DNA of 32,000 bases from Candidatus Methylomirabilis oxygeniifera (lineage in GTDB: Bacteria > Methylomirabilota > Methylomirabilia > Methylomirabilales > Methylomirabilaceae). Location: positions 60,001-92,000 of the forward strand of contig FP565575.1 in NCBI GenBank assembly GCA_000091165.1, written 5' to 3'. Position 1 is the stretch's first letter. Each line of letters starts with the position of its first letter. A model generated the notes under the pieces. It was given only the letters and a program-made list of their open reading frames with translations. It was not told where the DNA came from and did not search any database. Both the position numbers and the translations under genes were made by a program. Of the stretch, positions 8,840 to 18,463 are shown piece after piece.

Positions 8840-9286
8840 TCAGGCACGCTGCAACGCCTCCAGATTGTGCTTCGCAATAGCAAGCTGCCAGTCGCGGCCA
8901 AAGAGACTGAAATCTTCCATCTGAAACACGGCCTCGTTTTTCAGATCAACATATTGACTAAAATCTCTAAAAAATACGGGGATACCTGCAACGATCGCGT
9001 TGTAGTGCAGCATCGGTTTGCCGAACGCTCGATCAATTGCAACCACGTTGACCTCTGAATGAAGCTCCTTGGACAGTCGTAATGCAATGTCGGTGATATG
9101 CTCGAACATCTCTTCTGCACCAGGGTGCTGTTGTGAAAACACCACGGCAATATCGATATCAGAATCCGGTCTTGGAGACCCTTTGGCCCACGAGCCGTAC
9201 AAGAAGGCCATCTCTATCCCATAGCGCCCCGCGTTGTTTCTAAAAAAATTCTCTAAATGGCTGATGATGTCCTGCCTGGGTTCCAC
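8840..9286 (-). CDS. MNT-type minimal nucleotidyltransferase
   Basis: [15 protein letters not shown] matches GSx10DxD. It has a GTG start with GAGGAG upstream on the minus strand. Confidence 0.85.
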   Translation of the reverse strand: MEPRQDIISHLENFFRNNAGRYGIEMAFLYGSWAKGSPRPDSDIDIAVVFSQQHPGAEEMFEHITDIALRLSKELHSEVNVVAIDRAFGKPMLHYNAIVAGIPVFFRDFSQYVDLKNEAVFQMEDFSLFGRDWQLAIAKHNLEALQRA

Positions 9287-9328
9287 AAGATACTCCTCTA
9301 TCTCTTTCGGTTCTTCGGCTCAGCCTTT

Positions 9329-9357
9329 TTTAGCTGCAATATACGGAATGATATACT
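9329..9357 (+). promoter_or_regulatory. Candidate sigma70-type promoter for argGH
   Basis: TTTAGC - 17 nt - TATACT, 116 nt upstream of the argG ATG. Confidence 0.4.
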
Positions 9358-9472
9358 AAAATACCGTTTTTGTCATGGAGACCGACAGTATCCCCAAAAG
9401 CTGATCGGTAAGCGGCGATGGACTACATGGCCTAATGCCTCCTCGCGTGAACAGCGGATTGAGGAAGAGAGC

Positions 9473-10705
9473 ATGCAAAAGGTGAAGAAGATCGTACTGG
9501 CGTACTCCGGCGGCCTTGACACGTCGGTGATCCTGCGCTGGCTGATCGAGACCTACCAGGCCGAGGTGATTGCGTTCTGCGCCGACCTGGGACAGGGAGA
9601 GGAGCTGGACCCGGTTCGCGAGAAAGCGCTTAAGACGGGCGCCAGCAAGGTCTACATCAAAGACCTGCGGGAAGAGTTTGTCAGGGATTTCGTCTTTCCC
9701 TGTGTGAAGGCGAATGCCGTCTATGAGGGACGCTATCTGCTCGGCACATCGATGGCGAGGCCGCTGATCGCGAAACATCAGATGGCGGTGGCGAAAAAGG
9801 AGGGCGCGGATGCAGTGGCGCACGGCGCAACCGGCAAGGGGAACGATCAGGTCCGTTTCGAGCTCGCCTGCTATGCCATCGATCCGCATATCCGGATCAT
9901 CTCGCCATGGCGCGAATGGGATCTCAATTCGCGGTCCGATCTGATTGCCTATGCGCGGAGGCACGACATTCCAGTGCCGATTACGAAGGCGCGGCCCTAT
10001 AGTACCGATCGCAACCTGTTTCATATCAGCTTCGAGGGCGGAGTGTTGGAGGACCCATGGCAGGAGCCGCCAGCAGAGATGTTTGTCTTGAGCGTTTCGC
10101 CGGAGCAGGCGCCGGACCGTGCGACCTATGTCGAGGTGGAGTTTCAGGATGGTCAGCCTATTGCGCTGGACGGGAAACGCCTCTCGCCGGCCAGACTGCT
10201 GCAGCGCGTGAATAAGATCGGCGGCGAACACGGGATCGGCCGGGTCGATATCGTCGAAAACCGCTATGTCGGGATGAAGTCGCGAGGGGTGTACGAGACG
10301 CCTGGCGGGACGATTCTTCAGGCCGCTCATCGCGCCGTAGAATCGCTCACCATGGATCGCGAGGTGATGCACCTGCGCGATTCCCTTATTCCCCGTTTCT
10401 CGGAGCTGGTCTACTACGGCTACTGGTTCTCCCCGGAGATGGAACTGCTGATGCAGACGATCGAGGCGTCGCAGCAGGGGGTGACCGGTACGGCACGGGT
10501 GAAACTCTATAAGGGCAACTGCGAGGTCGTTGGGCGGAAGTCGGCCGTTTCGCTGTACGATCCGGCCTTCGCGACATTTGAGGCGGACCAGGTGTATCGG
10601 CAGTCTGATGCCGAGGGGTTCATTCGCCTGAACGCGCTGCGGCTCAGGATTCGGGCGCTAAGACAGCGGTCAGCTCGTCCGAAAGGGAAGCGGTCGGAAC
10701 GATGA
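9473..10705 (+). CDS. argG: Argininosuccinate synthase
   Basis: [31 protein letters not shown] and YGYWFSPE are present. ATG at 9473; the ORF-track extension to 9257 has no family similarity. Confidence 0.97.
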   Translation: MQKVKKIVLAYSGGLDTSVILRWLIETYQAEVIAFCADLGQGEELDPVREKALKTGASKVYIKDLREEFVRDFVFPCVKANAVYEGRYLLGTSMARPLIAKHQMAVAKKEGADAVAHGATGKGNDQVRFELACYAIDPHIRIISPWREWDLNSRSDLIAYARRHDIPVPITKARPYSTDRNLFHISFEGGVLEDPWQEPPAEMFVLSVSPEQAPDRATYVEVEFQDGQPIALDGKRLSPARLLQRVNKIGGEHGIGRVDIVENRYVGMKSRGVYETPGGTILQAAHRAVESLTMDREVMHLRDSLIPRFSELVYYGYWFSPEMELLMQTIEASQQGVTGTARVKLYKGNCEVVGRKSAVSLYDPAFATFEADQVYRQSDAEGFIRLNALRLRIRALRQRSARPKGKRSER

Positions 10706-12099
10706 AAGCGGGATCGAAGACTCGAAAGCCCTGGGGCGGACGATTCAAGCAGGCGACCGATCCGCGAGTAGAAGCGTACACCGCCTCTATCCACTTTGAC
10801 CGTCGTCTCTACAAGTACGACATTGCCGGCAGTGTTGCACATGCGCGGATGCTGGCGAAGTGCGGCCTGTTGACGAGGGCCGAGGCGGACAAGATCGTAT
10901 CAGGGCTTGAGGAGATTGAGGGCGAGATCGATCGCGGCGAGTTCCGTTTCGACCCCTCGTTGGAAGATATTCACATGGCGATCGAGACCCGGTTGACCGA
11001 GAAGGTGGGGGAGGCGGGGGCCAAGCTTCATACCGGCCGGAGCCGGAATGACCAGGTGGCACTCGATCTACGACTGTATCTGCGGGATGAGATCGGAGAG
11101 ATTCGCCATCTGATCGCAGGACTTGAGCGGGCTCTGATTGCGCAGGCCGAAGCTCACCTTGACGTGATTATGCCGGGCTACACCCACATGCAACGGGCCC
11201 AGCCGGTCCTCCTGGCGCACCACTTAATGGCGTATGTCGAGATGCTGGAGCGGGATCGTGCCAGGCTTCATGATGCGCTTCGCAGGGTAGAAGTGCTTCC
11301 GCTTGGCTCAGGCGCCCTGGCCGGAGTCGGCCTACCGATAGATCGCCGTTTCGTCGCCAAGGAGCTTGGGTTTCGTGAGCTGTCGGCCAACTCGCTGGAC
11401 GCAGTCTCAGATCGCGACTTTGTCATCGAACCGCTGTTCGCCTGTGCGCTCCTGATGGCGCATCTGTCCCGCCTGGCGGAAGAGATTGTGCTGTGGGCAT
11501 CGGCGGAGTTCGGATTCATCGAGCTGCCGGATGCCTTCGCCACCGGTTCCAGTATGATGCCTCAGAAAAAAAACCCGGATGTAGCAGAACTGGCGCGAGG
11601 GAAGACCGGCCGGGCCTTTGGTGCGCTGGTCGCGTTGCTGACCATCGTGAAGGGCCTGCCTCTCAGCTACAACCGAGATCTGCAGGAGGATAAGGAGCCT
11701 CTTTTCGACAGCGTGGAGTCTGTTAAGGCGACCCTCCTCGTCATGGCCTCGATGGTGAGCAGACTGACGTTCTGTGCGGATAGGATGCGGCAGGCGACAG
11801 AGGACGGATTTCTCAACGCCACTGATCTGGCCGATTATCTGGTGTGTAAGGAGATGCCATTCCGACAAGCCCACGAGGTTGTCGGCCTGCTCGTCCGACG
11901 CGCGCTTGCCAAGCGATGTCGAATCGAGGAGCTTTCGCTGAAGGAGTTGCAGGCCGCCTCCCCCCTGTTCGAGAAAGATGTCTTTGCCTACATTGCGCTC
12001 GAGGCCTGCATCGAGCGGCGGAAGGCCGCCGGCGGGACGGCAACGGGCGCGGTGAAGAAGGCGATCAAAGCGGCGAAGGTCAAACTTCGGAGTCGATAA
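10702..12099 (+). CDS. argH: Argininosuccinate lyase
   Basis: [34 protein letters not shown] and [19 protein letters not shown] are present. ATGA overlap with argG. Confidence 0.97.
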   Translation: MKAGSKTRKPWGGRFKQATDPRVEAYTASIHFDRRLYKYDIAGSVAHARMLAKCGLLTRAEADKIVSGLEEIEGEIDRGEFRFDPSLEDIHMAIETRLTEKVGEAGAKLHTGRSRNDQVALDLRLYLRDEIGEIRHLIAGLERALIAQAEAHLDVIMPGYTHMQRAQPVLLAHHLMAYVEMLERDRARLHDALRRVEVLPLGSGALAGVGLPIDRRFVAKELGFRELSANSLDAVSDRDFVIEPLFACALLMAHLSRLAEEIVLWASAEFGFIELPDAFATGSSMMPQKKNPDVAELARGKTGRAFGALVALLTIVKGLPLSYNRDLQEDKEPLFDSVESVKATLLVMASMVSRLTFCADRMRQATEDGFLNATDLADYLVCKEMPFRQAHEVVGLLVRRALAKRCRIEELSLKELQAASPLFEKDVFAYIALEACIERRKAAGGTATGAVKKAIKAAKVKLRSR

Positions 12100-12100
12100 G

Positions 12101-13147
12101 ATGCGAATTCGACGGATTATCGTGACAATGTCTCTCGGTCTTCTTGCGCTGGCTGGGTGCGGACGAAGTGGTCCGCCTGTCGTTCCGATCCTGGCGGAGC
12201 CGGCGCCGCCTCCCGATCTGACGGCGCTCGTACGGAGCCGTGCGGTGATCCTCGCGTGGACCAGGCCGACGACTAATATCGACGGCACTGCGCTGAAATA
12301 CCTGGCTGCGTTCCGAATCTCCCGGGCGCAAACGGCTCCTCAGTCCTCTGCCCCATCGGTCATTGCCACCGTGAAGGTCGAGAAACCGGAGAACGCGGTC
12401 GTGTCAGGTAATCGGTATGCGTTTACCGACAAGAATGTGGTTGTGGGCGCCAAATATACATACACCATCGAGGCGGTGAGTCGGCGAGGGATTATTGGGC
12501 CGCCAACAACAGAAGCGATTGCCCTTGTGACAGTCGAGATTGAGGCTCCCTCCAATCTACGGGCAGAGGCCGGCGAACGTGCGGTCCGCCTCTTTTGGGA
12601 TGCACCGACCAGGCGAGCCGATGCAAGTCCGCTGGGAGTGGTCCCACGGTATAACATCTACCGGGGCGCCAACCCAGGCCGATACGATCCGTCCCCGATT
12701 AATCGGGAGCCCGTCCGGAATACGCGGTTTCAGGATACGAATCTGGTCAACGATCAGACCTACTACTATCGCGTAGCGGCGGTGGAGAGTCAGGAGCCGC
12801 CCTGGCAGGAGGGATTGCCGTCCGGCGAGGTCAGCGTCGCGCCGGTCGATCTGACGCCTCCGGCGCCTCCACAAGGTGTACGCGCGGTTGTTGGGCCTGG
12901 TCCGGCAGTCTCACTGAGTTGGGAGCTGAACCGCGAACCGGACCTGCTCGGCTATCTCGTCTATCGAAGCGATGCGACGGAGCGCCCCCCCCACCGACTG
13001 ACAGAAGTTCCGCTCAAATCGCCCATCCTGACCGACCGGTCGGTCAGGATGGGCGGTCGATACCTCTACACGGTGACGGCTGTTGACGTCTCTTCGAGAC
13101 GCAACGAAAGCGTCGCCTCCGAGACCGTCGAGGTCCTCGTTCCCTAA
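12101..13147 (+). CDS. Lipoprotein with LptM-like N-terminus and fibronectin type III-like repeats
   Basis: Lipobox LALAGC followed by GRSGPP; then repeated FN3-like strands (PPPDLTALVRSRAVILAWTRP..., PSNLRAEAGERAVRLFWDAP..., PPQGVRAVVGPGPAVSLSWELN...). Confidence 0.8.
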   Translation: MRIRRIIVTMSLGLLALAGCGRSGPPVVPILAEPAPPPDLTALVRSRAVILAWTRPTTNIDGTALKYLAAFRISRAQTAPQSSAPSVIATVKVEKPENAVVSGNRYAFTDKNVVVGAKYTYTIEAVSRRGIIGPPTTEAIALVTVEIEAPSNLRAEAGERAVRLFWDAPTRRADASPLGVVPRYNIYRGANPGRYDPSPINREPVRNTRFQDTNLVNDQTYYYRVAAVESQEPPWQEGLPSGEVSVAPVDLTPPAPPQGVRAVVGPGPAVSLSWELNREPDLLGYLVYRSDATERPPHRLTEVPLKSPILTDRSVRMGGRYLYTVTAVDVSSRRNESVASETVEVLVP

Positions 13148-13214
13148 CACACCTCCCACTCTTGATGGGCGTTCAGCCTTGCTGGCGCGAAGCGCCGTGT
13201 GTTACGATGGCGGC

Positions 13215-15128
13215 GTGACGACGAAGCATGTCATCGTTGGAACTGCGGGCCACATCGATCATGGGAAAACCGCGCTCGTCAAGGCCTTGACCGGGATCGA
13301 CACCGACCGGTTGAAGGAGGAGAAGGAGCGGGGGATCTCCATCGAGCTGGGTTTTGCCAACCTGGCCCTGTCCGATGACCTCCAGCTCGGGATCGTCGAC
13401 GTTCCGGGGCACGAACGGTTCGTCAAGACGATGCTCGCGGGCGTCGGCGGGATCGATCTGGTCGTGCTGGTGATCGGCGCCGACGAGGGGGTGATGCCGC
13501 AGACGCGGGAACACCTCCATATCTGTGAGTTGCTTCAGGTCAAGCGTGGCGTCGTCGCGCTGACAAAGGCTGATCTCGTCGAGTCCGATTGGCTGGAGAT
13601 GATCCAGGCCGATCTGAAAGGGTTCCTGGCCGGGAGTTTTCTTGAGGGCGCACCGGTCGTTGCCGTGTCCGCCATCACCGGACAAGGGCTCCCGCAGTTG
13701 AAAGCGGTTCTCCGCGAGGCGGCGGAGACGATCGAGCCGAAGCGTCATGACGGGATATTTCGTCTGCCGATCGATCGGATCTTTACGATCAAGGGGTTCG
13801 GGACCGTCGTGACCGGGACCCTGTGGTCCGGGTCAGTACAAGCCGGAGACGAGGTCGTCGTCCTGCCTGCCGAGTTGCGTTCGCGGGTTCGGCGGCTTCA
13901 GGTTCACGGTCAAACCGTGGAACAGGCCTGGGCCGGACAGCGGATCGCCGTCAACCTGCCAGGCCTCGAAGTGGATCAACTCAGTCGAGGCGATCTTCTG
14001 ACCTTTCCGGGCACGCTGAAACCTACCATGACCTTCGACGTATCGTTAGCTTTACTGAAGGATGCTCCCCGCGCGTTACGGAACCGGGCGAGGGTCCGGT
14101 TCCACTTGGGGACGAGCGAGATCCTGGCTCGGGTCGTGCTGCTCGATCGCGAGGAGCTGAATCCCGGCGAAGAGACGTTCGCCCACGTGCGACTGGAGGC
14201 AATGTCCGGCGCCATGGCCGGCGACCGGTATGTGATCCGAAGCTACTCGCCTGCCCTGACGATCGGGGGCGGGAGCATCCTCGACCCGAATCCTCTTGTG
14301 CGGCGGAGGGCTAAGGCGTCGTTGCTCGAACATCTCAAGGTCCTGCAGACCGGCACATCGGGTCAGCAGGTCGAGCGCCTGCTGCTGCAGGCCGGTCCGT
14401 GTCCGATCACGTTGGATACGCTCAGGGCCTCGGCCAGCCTGGATGAGACCACGCTGCGGCGAGAGATCACGCGCCTTGTAGAGGGCGGCGTCGCCGTGGC
14501 GTTAGGCACGAAAGGCGATCTCGGATACGTTCACCGACTGAGCTATGATCGCCTGGAAGGGGAGATCCTGTCCCGCCTGGAAGAGTTCCACAGGCAAGAA
14601 CCTCTCAAGGATGGACTGCCGAAGGAAGAGCTGCGGTCTAAGCTCCGTCAGGTTGGGCCGGTCCTATTCGCTCGCCTGCTGCAGGGACTTGCGGAGACAC
14701 AGCGAATCGCTATCGACCGAGAGAAGGTGCGGCTTTTCCTGCACCGCCCCACCCTCTCGGCGCCGGAACAACTCATCAAAGAACGATTAGCCGCGATCTA
14801 CCAGAAGGCGGGCTTTCAGCCGCCGGACTTGGAGCTGGCGCTTGCCCAGGCTGGAGCGAACAGCAAAACCGGGATCACGATTTTTCGTCGCCTTTCCGAT
14901 GAGGGCACGGTCATCAAAATCAAAGACAACCTCTATCTGCACCGCGACCATTATAGTCACGCGAAGGAGATGCTCCTCAACCACTTCAGGCTCCATGCTG
15001 CCATCACGGTCCAGCAGTTCAAGGAGCTCCTCGGGGTGAGTCGGAAGTTCGCCATCCCCTTTCTGGAGCATTTCGACGGCGCCAAGTTGACCCGTCGACA
15101 TAATGATGAGCGGGTCCTCTACGGGTAA
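13215..15128 (+). CDS. selB: Selenocysteine-specific translation elongation factor SelB (GTG start)
   Basis: [43 protein letters not shown] and [16 protein letters not shown]; SelB-type domain II/III and C-terminal winged-helix region. Confidence 0.93.
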   Translation: MTTKHVIVGTAGHIDHGKTALVKALTGIDTDRLKEEKERGISIELGFANLALSDDLQLGIVDVPGHERFVKTMLAGVGGIDLVVLVIGADEGVMPQTREHLHICELLQVKRGVVALTKADLVESDWLEMIQADLKGFLAGSFLEGAPVVAVSAITGQGLPQLKAVLREAAETIEPKRHDGIFRLPIDRIFTIKGFGTVVTGTLWSGSVQAGDEVVVLPAELRSRVRRLQVHGQTVEQAWAGQRIAVNLPGLEVDQLSRGDLLTFPGTLKPTMTFDVSLALLKDAPRALRNRARVRFHLGTSEILARVVLLDREELNPGEETFAHVRLEAMSGAMAGDRYVIRSYSPALTIGGGSILDPNPLVRRRAKASLLEHLKVLQTGTSGQQVERLLLQAGPCPITLDTLRASASLDETTLRREITRLVEGGVAVALGTKGDLGYVHRLSYDRLEGEILSRLEEFHRQEPLKDGLPKEELRSKLRQVGPVLFARLLQGLAETQRIAIDREKVRLFLHRPTLSAPEQLIKERLAAIYQKAGFQPPDLELALAQAGANSKTGITIFRRLSDEGTVIKIKDNLYLHRDHYSHAKEMLLNHFRLHAAITVQQFKELLGVSRKFAIPFLEHFDGAKLTRRHNDERVLYG

Positions 15129-15151
15129 GAGGCCCCAAGGGAGGAAGGCGT

Positions 15152-15358
15152 ATGTTCGGGTTGGGGATTCAAGAGTTATTGATTATTCTCGTCATCGTGA
15201 TGCTCCTTTTCGGCGCCAGCCGGCTACCGGAGCTCGGTAGCGGCGTGGGCAAAGCCATTCGAGGCTTCAAGGATTCTTTGGCGGGGAAGGATGCCATCGA
15301 TGTGACGCCGAAGAAAGAGAAAGACGAGGATAAGCGATCCGATAAGGGAAAGGCGTAA
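15152..15358 (+). CDS. tatA: Sec-independent protein translocase TatA/TatE
   Basis: [45 protein letters not shown]. Confidence 0.94.
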   Translation: MFGLGIQELLIILVIVMLLFGASRLPELGSGVGKAIRGFKDSLAGKDAIDVTPKKEKDEDKRSDKGKA

Positions 15359-15386
15359 CGCGCTCTACGACGAGCCGAGGAGTTTG

Positions 15387-16709
15387 ATGAATATTGCCGT
15401 AATCGGAACAGGATATGTGGGTCTTGTGACCGGGGTATGCTTTGCGGAGTTTGGTTTGCATGTGACCGCCGTAGATACGGATGAGGAGCGTATCGCTCGG
15501 TTAACCCAAGGAGAGGTCCTGATTTACGAGCCGCAGTTAGGCGAAATGCTGCGCAGGAATCTGCAACAAGGGCGCATTCAATTTACGACCGATACGGCGC
15601 GTGCAGTGAGAGACTCGCTCGTTCTCTTTATCGCTGTAGGCACCCCCTCTAAGGAGGATGGTTCTGCGGACCTCCAATACGTCGAGGAAGTCGCCAGAAC
15701 AGTAGCCAGGAACCTGAACGGCTATAAAGTGATCGTGACCAAGAGCACGGTCCCGGTTGGGACCGGACGGAGAATCCAGAGTATTATCCACGACGAGAAT
15801 GGAACCGGACCGCAGGGAGTGTTCGATGTCGCCTCCAACCCGGAATTTCTGCGCGAAGGCTCGGCGATTGAGGACTTCTTGCGACCCAACCGAGTCGTTA
15901 TTGGAGCAGATAGTCCGCAAGCCGTCGCCATCCTCCAGGATCTGTATCGCCCCCTGTATCTCATCGAGGTCCCCTTTGTGATCACGACGATTGAGACCGC
16001 CGAACTGATTAAGTACGCCTCAAACAGTTTCTTGGCCACAAAAGTGACTTTTATGAACGAGATGGCCAACCTCTGTGAGGCGTTGGGGGCGGATATTCAC
16101 GTTGTTGCTAAGGGGATGGGACTCGATCAGCGGATTGGTTCAAAGTTCTTGCATCCAGGTCCGGGATATGGCGGCTCCTGTTTCCCCAAGGACACGTGCG
16201 CGCTTGTCAATATTGCGAGGGAGCATGGATGCCGAGCCCGCGTGGTTGAGACCGTCATTGAAGTGAACGAACAGCAGAGGCTTCGGATGGTACAGAAGAT
16301 TCTCAGCGCCTTGGGGGCCTCTTCAGATCCCGACTCTCTGGAGGGGATCACTATCGGGGTACTCGGTTTAGCCTTCAAACCGAACACAGACGATGTCAGG
16401 CAGGCGCCTTCCCTCGTAATTATAGGCGAACTGGAGCGACTGGGAGCCAGGGTGCAGGCCTATGATCCTGCGGCGATGGAGCAGGCGCGGCGCATATTGC
16501 CTGGGGTCGATTATCGGACAGATGCGTACAGCGCAGCAGAGGGGGCGGATGTGTTGGTCCTGGCCACAGAATGGAATCTGTTTCGTAATCTTGACCTGGA
16601 GAAGATCAGGGGGCTGATGCGCCGCCCGATCTTAGTGGACCTGCGCAATGTCTATGAACCGGAGCGCGCACGCGTATTAGGATTCACGTATTACGGGGTT
16701 GGACGATAA
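15387..16709 (+). CDS. ugd: UDP-glucose 6-dehydrogenase family
   Basis: MNIAVIGTGYVGLVTGVCFAE, TKSTVPVGTG, GPGYGGSCFPKDTCAL and VLGLAFKPNTDDVR. Confidence 0.93.
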   Translation: MNIAVIGTGYVGLVTGVCFAEFGLHVTAVDTDEERIARLTQGEVLIYEPQLGEMLRRNLQQGRIQFTTDTARAVRDSLVLFIAVGTPSKEDGSADLQYVEEVARTVARNLNGYKVIVTKSTVPVGTGRRIQSIIHDENGTGPQGVFDVASNPEFLREGSAIEDFLRPNRVVIGADSPQAVAILQDLYRPLYLIEVPFVITTIETAELIKYASNSFLATKVTFMNEMANLCEALGADIHVVAKGMGLDQRIGSKFLHPGPGYGGSCFPKDTCALVNIAREHGCRARVVETVIEVNEQQRLRMVQKILSALGASSDPDSLEGITIGVLGLAFKPNTDDVRQAPSLVIIGELERLGARVQAYDPAAMEQARRILPGVDYRTDAYSAAEGADVLVLATEWNLFRNLDLEKIRGLMRRPILVDLRNVYEPERARVLGFTYYGVGR

Positions 16710-16804
16710 TCCACGCAGCAGGAGGGGTGCGGGCTATGCTCCAGCCTTATTTTTCATGGGGTTATTTTGTGCGAAATTGTGGGATCCTGCGAGAATTTTT
16801 GTGC

Positions 16805-16834
16805 TTGACCCGAGGTGTTGCGTTTTAGTACACT
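16805..16834 (+). promoter_or_regulatory. Candidate sigma70-type promoter for the pnt operon
   Basis: TTGACC - 18 nt - TACACT. Confidence 0.4.
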
Positions 16835-17022
16835 CTCCCGCCATGGGCGGCGCGAACGCGCATGAGACCCAATCGGTTTGCTGAACAGCCACCTCCAGTC
16901 ACAAGTTATCTATCTAAGTCCATTGCATCTGTTGCATTCGGAAGTTCCTGAGAGCTACGACTATTATCGGAACGAGATCGCGTGCGAGACGACAGTCTAA
17001 CCATATTCGAGAGAGTCGATAG

Positions 17023-18177
17023 ATGAGGGTTGCAGTTCCAAAGGAGATTGAGTCTGGAGAAAGGCGTGTCGCAATTATCCCGGAAACAGTTAAGCGACTG
17101 ATAAAAAAGGGGGTCGAGGTGTCCGTGGAGTCCGGTGCGGGTGAAGGGTCGTGCTTCCGGAATGGGGAGTACGAGGAGGCCGGCGCCGTAATAGAGCCTT
17201 CGGCGGAAGCGCTGCTTGCCGCCACGGATGTCATCGTCAAGATTCAGCGCCCCGCTCCGGTGGAATTGCTGAAGATTCGCGAAGGCACTACGATCATCAG
17301 CTTGCTGTATCCGATGGTCAACCAGGACCTCGTCCAGACCCTTGCGTCCCGTAAGATTACCGCGATTGCGGTGGACAGCATTCCTCGAACTACGCTGGCC
17401 CAGATGATGGACGTCCTCAGCTCGCAGGCCACGATTTCGGGATACTACGCGGTGATCATGGCTGCGTATGCGCTTCCGAAATTCTTTCCGATGTTGATGA
17501 CTGCAGCGGGGACGATTGCGCCGGCCAAGGTGCTGATCTTAGGCGCCGGCGTCGCGGGGCTTCAGGCCATCGCCACCGCAAGGCGGCTCGGTGCGACGGT
17601 GGAGGCGTTCGATACGCGAAAGGTCGTGCGGCAGCAGGTAGAAAGCCTGGGAGCGCGGTTCGTTGAGGTGGACATGGCTGAGGACGCGCAGACATCGAGC
17701 GGCTATGCGAAGGAACTTTCTGACGAATACAAGCGACGACAGGCGGAGCTTCTACATCGGCATATTGCGAAATCTGATGTCTGTATTACGACAGCCCTTA
17801 TTCCCGGCCAGCGCGCTCCTATCCTGATTACTGAAGAGATGGTGCAGGCCATGAGGCCGGGATCGGTGATTGTGGACCTTGCGGCGGAGCAGGGCGGCAA
17901 CTGCGCCCTGACCGAACCCGGAAATGAAACGGTGAAGCATGGGGTCACGGTTATCGGCCGCTTGAATCTTCCGAGTCGCCTGGCGGTCCACGCGAGCCAG
18001 ATGTACTCGCGTAATATGGAGAAGCTCCTTCTGCACCTGACGGATAAAGATGGTGGACTGAAGCTCAATCTTCAGGAGGAGATCACCCAAGGGTGTGTGA
18101 TCACTATGGGGGGAGAGGTCGTGCAGCCGAAGGTCAAGGAGCTCCTGGCTCGGAAAGGGGAATCCCATGCAAGCTGA
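17023..18177 (+). CDS. pntAA: NAD(P) transhydrogenase subunit alpha part 1
   Basis: MRVAVPKEIESGERRVAIIPETV, VLILGAGVAGLQAIATARRLGA and SDVCITTALIPGQRAPILI. Confidence 0.94.
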   Translation: MRVAVPKEIESGERRVAIIPETVKRLIKKGVEVSVESGAGEGSCFRNGEYEEAGAVIEPSAEALLAATDVIVKIQRPAPVELLKIREGTTIISLLYPMVNQDLVQTLASRKITAIAVDSIPRTTLAQMMDVLSSQATISGYYAVIMAAYALPKFFPMLMTAAGTIAPAKVLILGAGVAGLQAIATARRLGATVEAFDTRKVVRQQVESLGARFVEVDMAEDAQTSSGYAKELSDEYKRRQAELLHRHIAKSDVCITTALIPGQRAPILITEEMVQAMRPGSVIVDLAAEQGGNCALTEPGNETVKHGVTVIGRLNLPSRLAVHASQMYSRNMEKLLLHLTDKDGGLKLNLQEEITQGCVITMGGEVVQPKVKELLARKGESHAS

Positions 18178-18463
18178 GATCCTATTTGGCTTCTACATCT
18201 TCATGCTGGCCGCGTTTCTTGGATTGCAGGTCATCTCCAAGGTCCCGCCGTTGCTTCATACGCCCCTGATGTCTGCGACGAACGCGATCTCTGGTATTTC
18301 GCTGGTCGGCTCGCTGGTGGCGGCAGGCGCCCATTACAATCCGGTCAGCACGGCCTTGGGGTTCATTGCGGTGACTGCTGCCACAATTAATGTCGTCGGC
18401 GGCTTCATGATTACGGATCGGATGCTGAAGATGTTCAAGAAGAAGGACGGGAAGAAGCCGTGA
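18167..18463 (+). CDS. pntAB: NAD(P) transhydrogenase subunit alpha part 2
   Basis: Small membrane protein with VPPLLHTPLMSATNAISGI. Overlaps pntAA and pntB. Confidence 0.93.
   Translation: MQAEILFGFYIFMLAAFLGLQVISKVPPLLHTPLMSATNAISGISLVGSLVAAGAHYNPVSTALGFIAVTAATINVVGGFMITDRMLKMFKKKDGKKP

Noticed and set aside
9257-9472. N-terminal extension of argG as given in the ORF track
   Set aside because: ArgG homology begins at [18 protein letters not shown] (9473). The extension overlaps the divergent MNT gene and a likely promoter.
9356-10372. 338-aa minus-strand ORF antisense to argG
   Set aside because: Shadow ORF over a highly conserved gene, with no domain signature.
11407-12288. 293-aa minus-strand ORF antisense to argH and the lipoprotein gene
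   Set aside because: It crosses a real gene boundary on the other strand and has shadow-ORF composition.
13184-13196. GGCGC-GAA-GCGCC hairpin upstream of selB as a terminator or SECIS-like element
   Set aside because: It is only a 5-bp stem with no U-tract and is not next to an in-frame UGA. Too small to assign a function.
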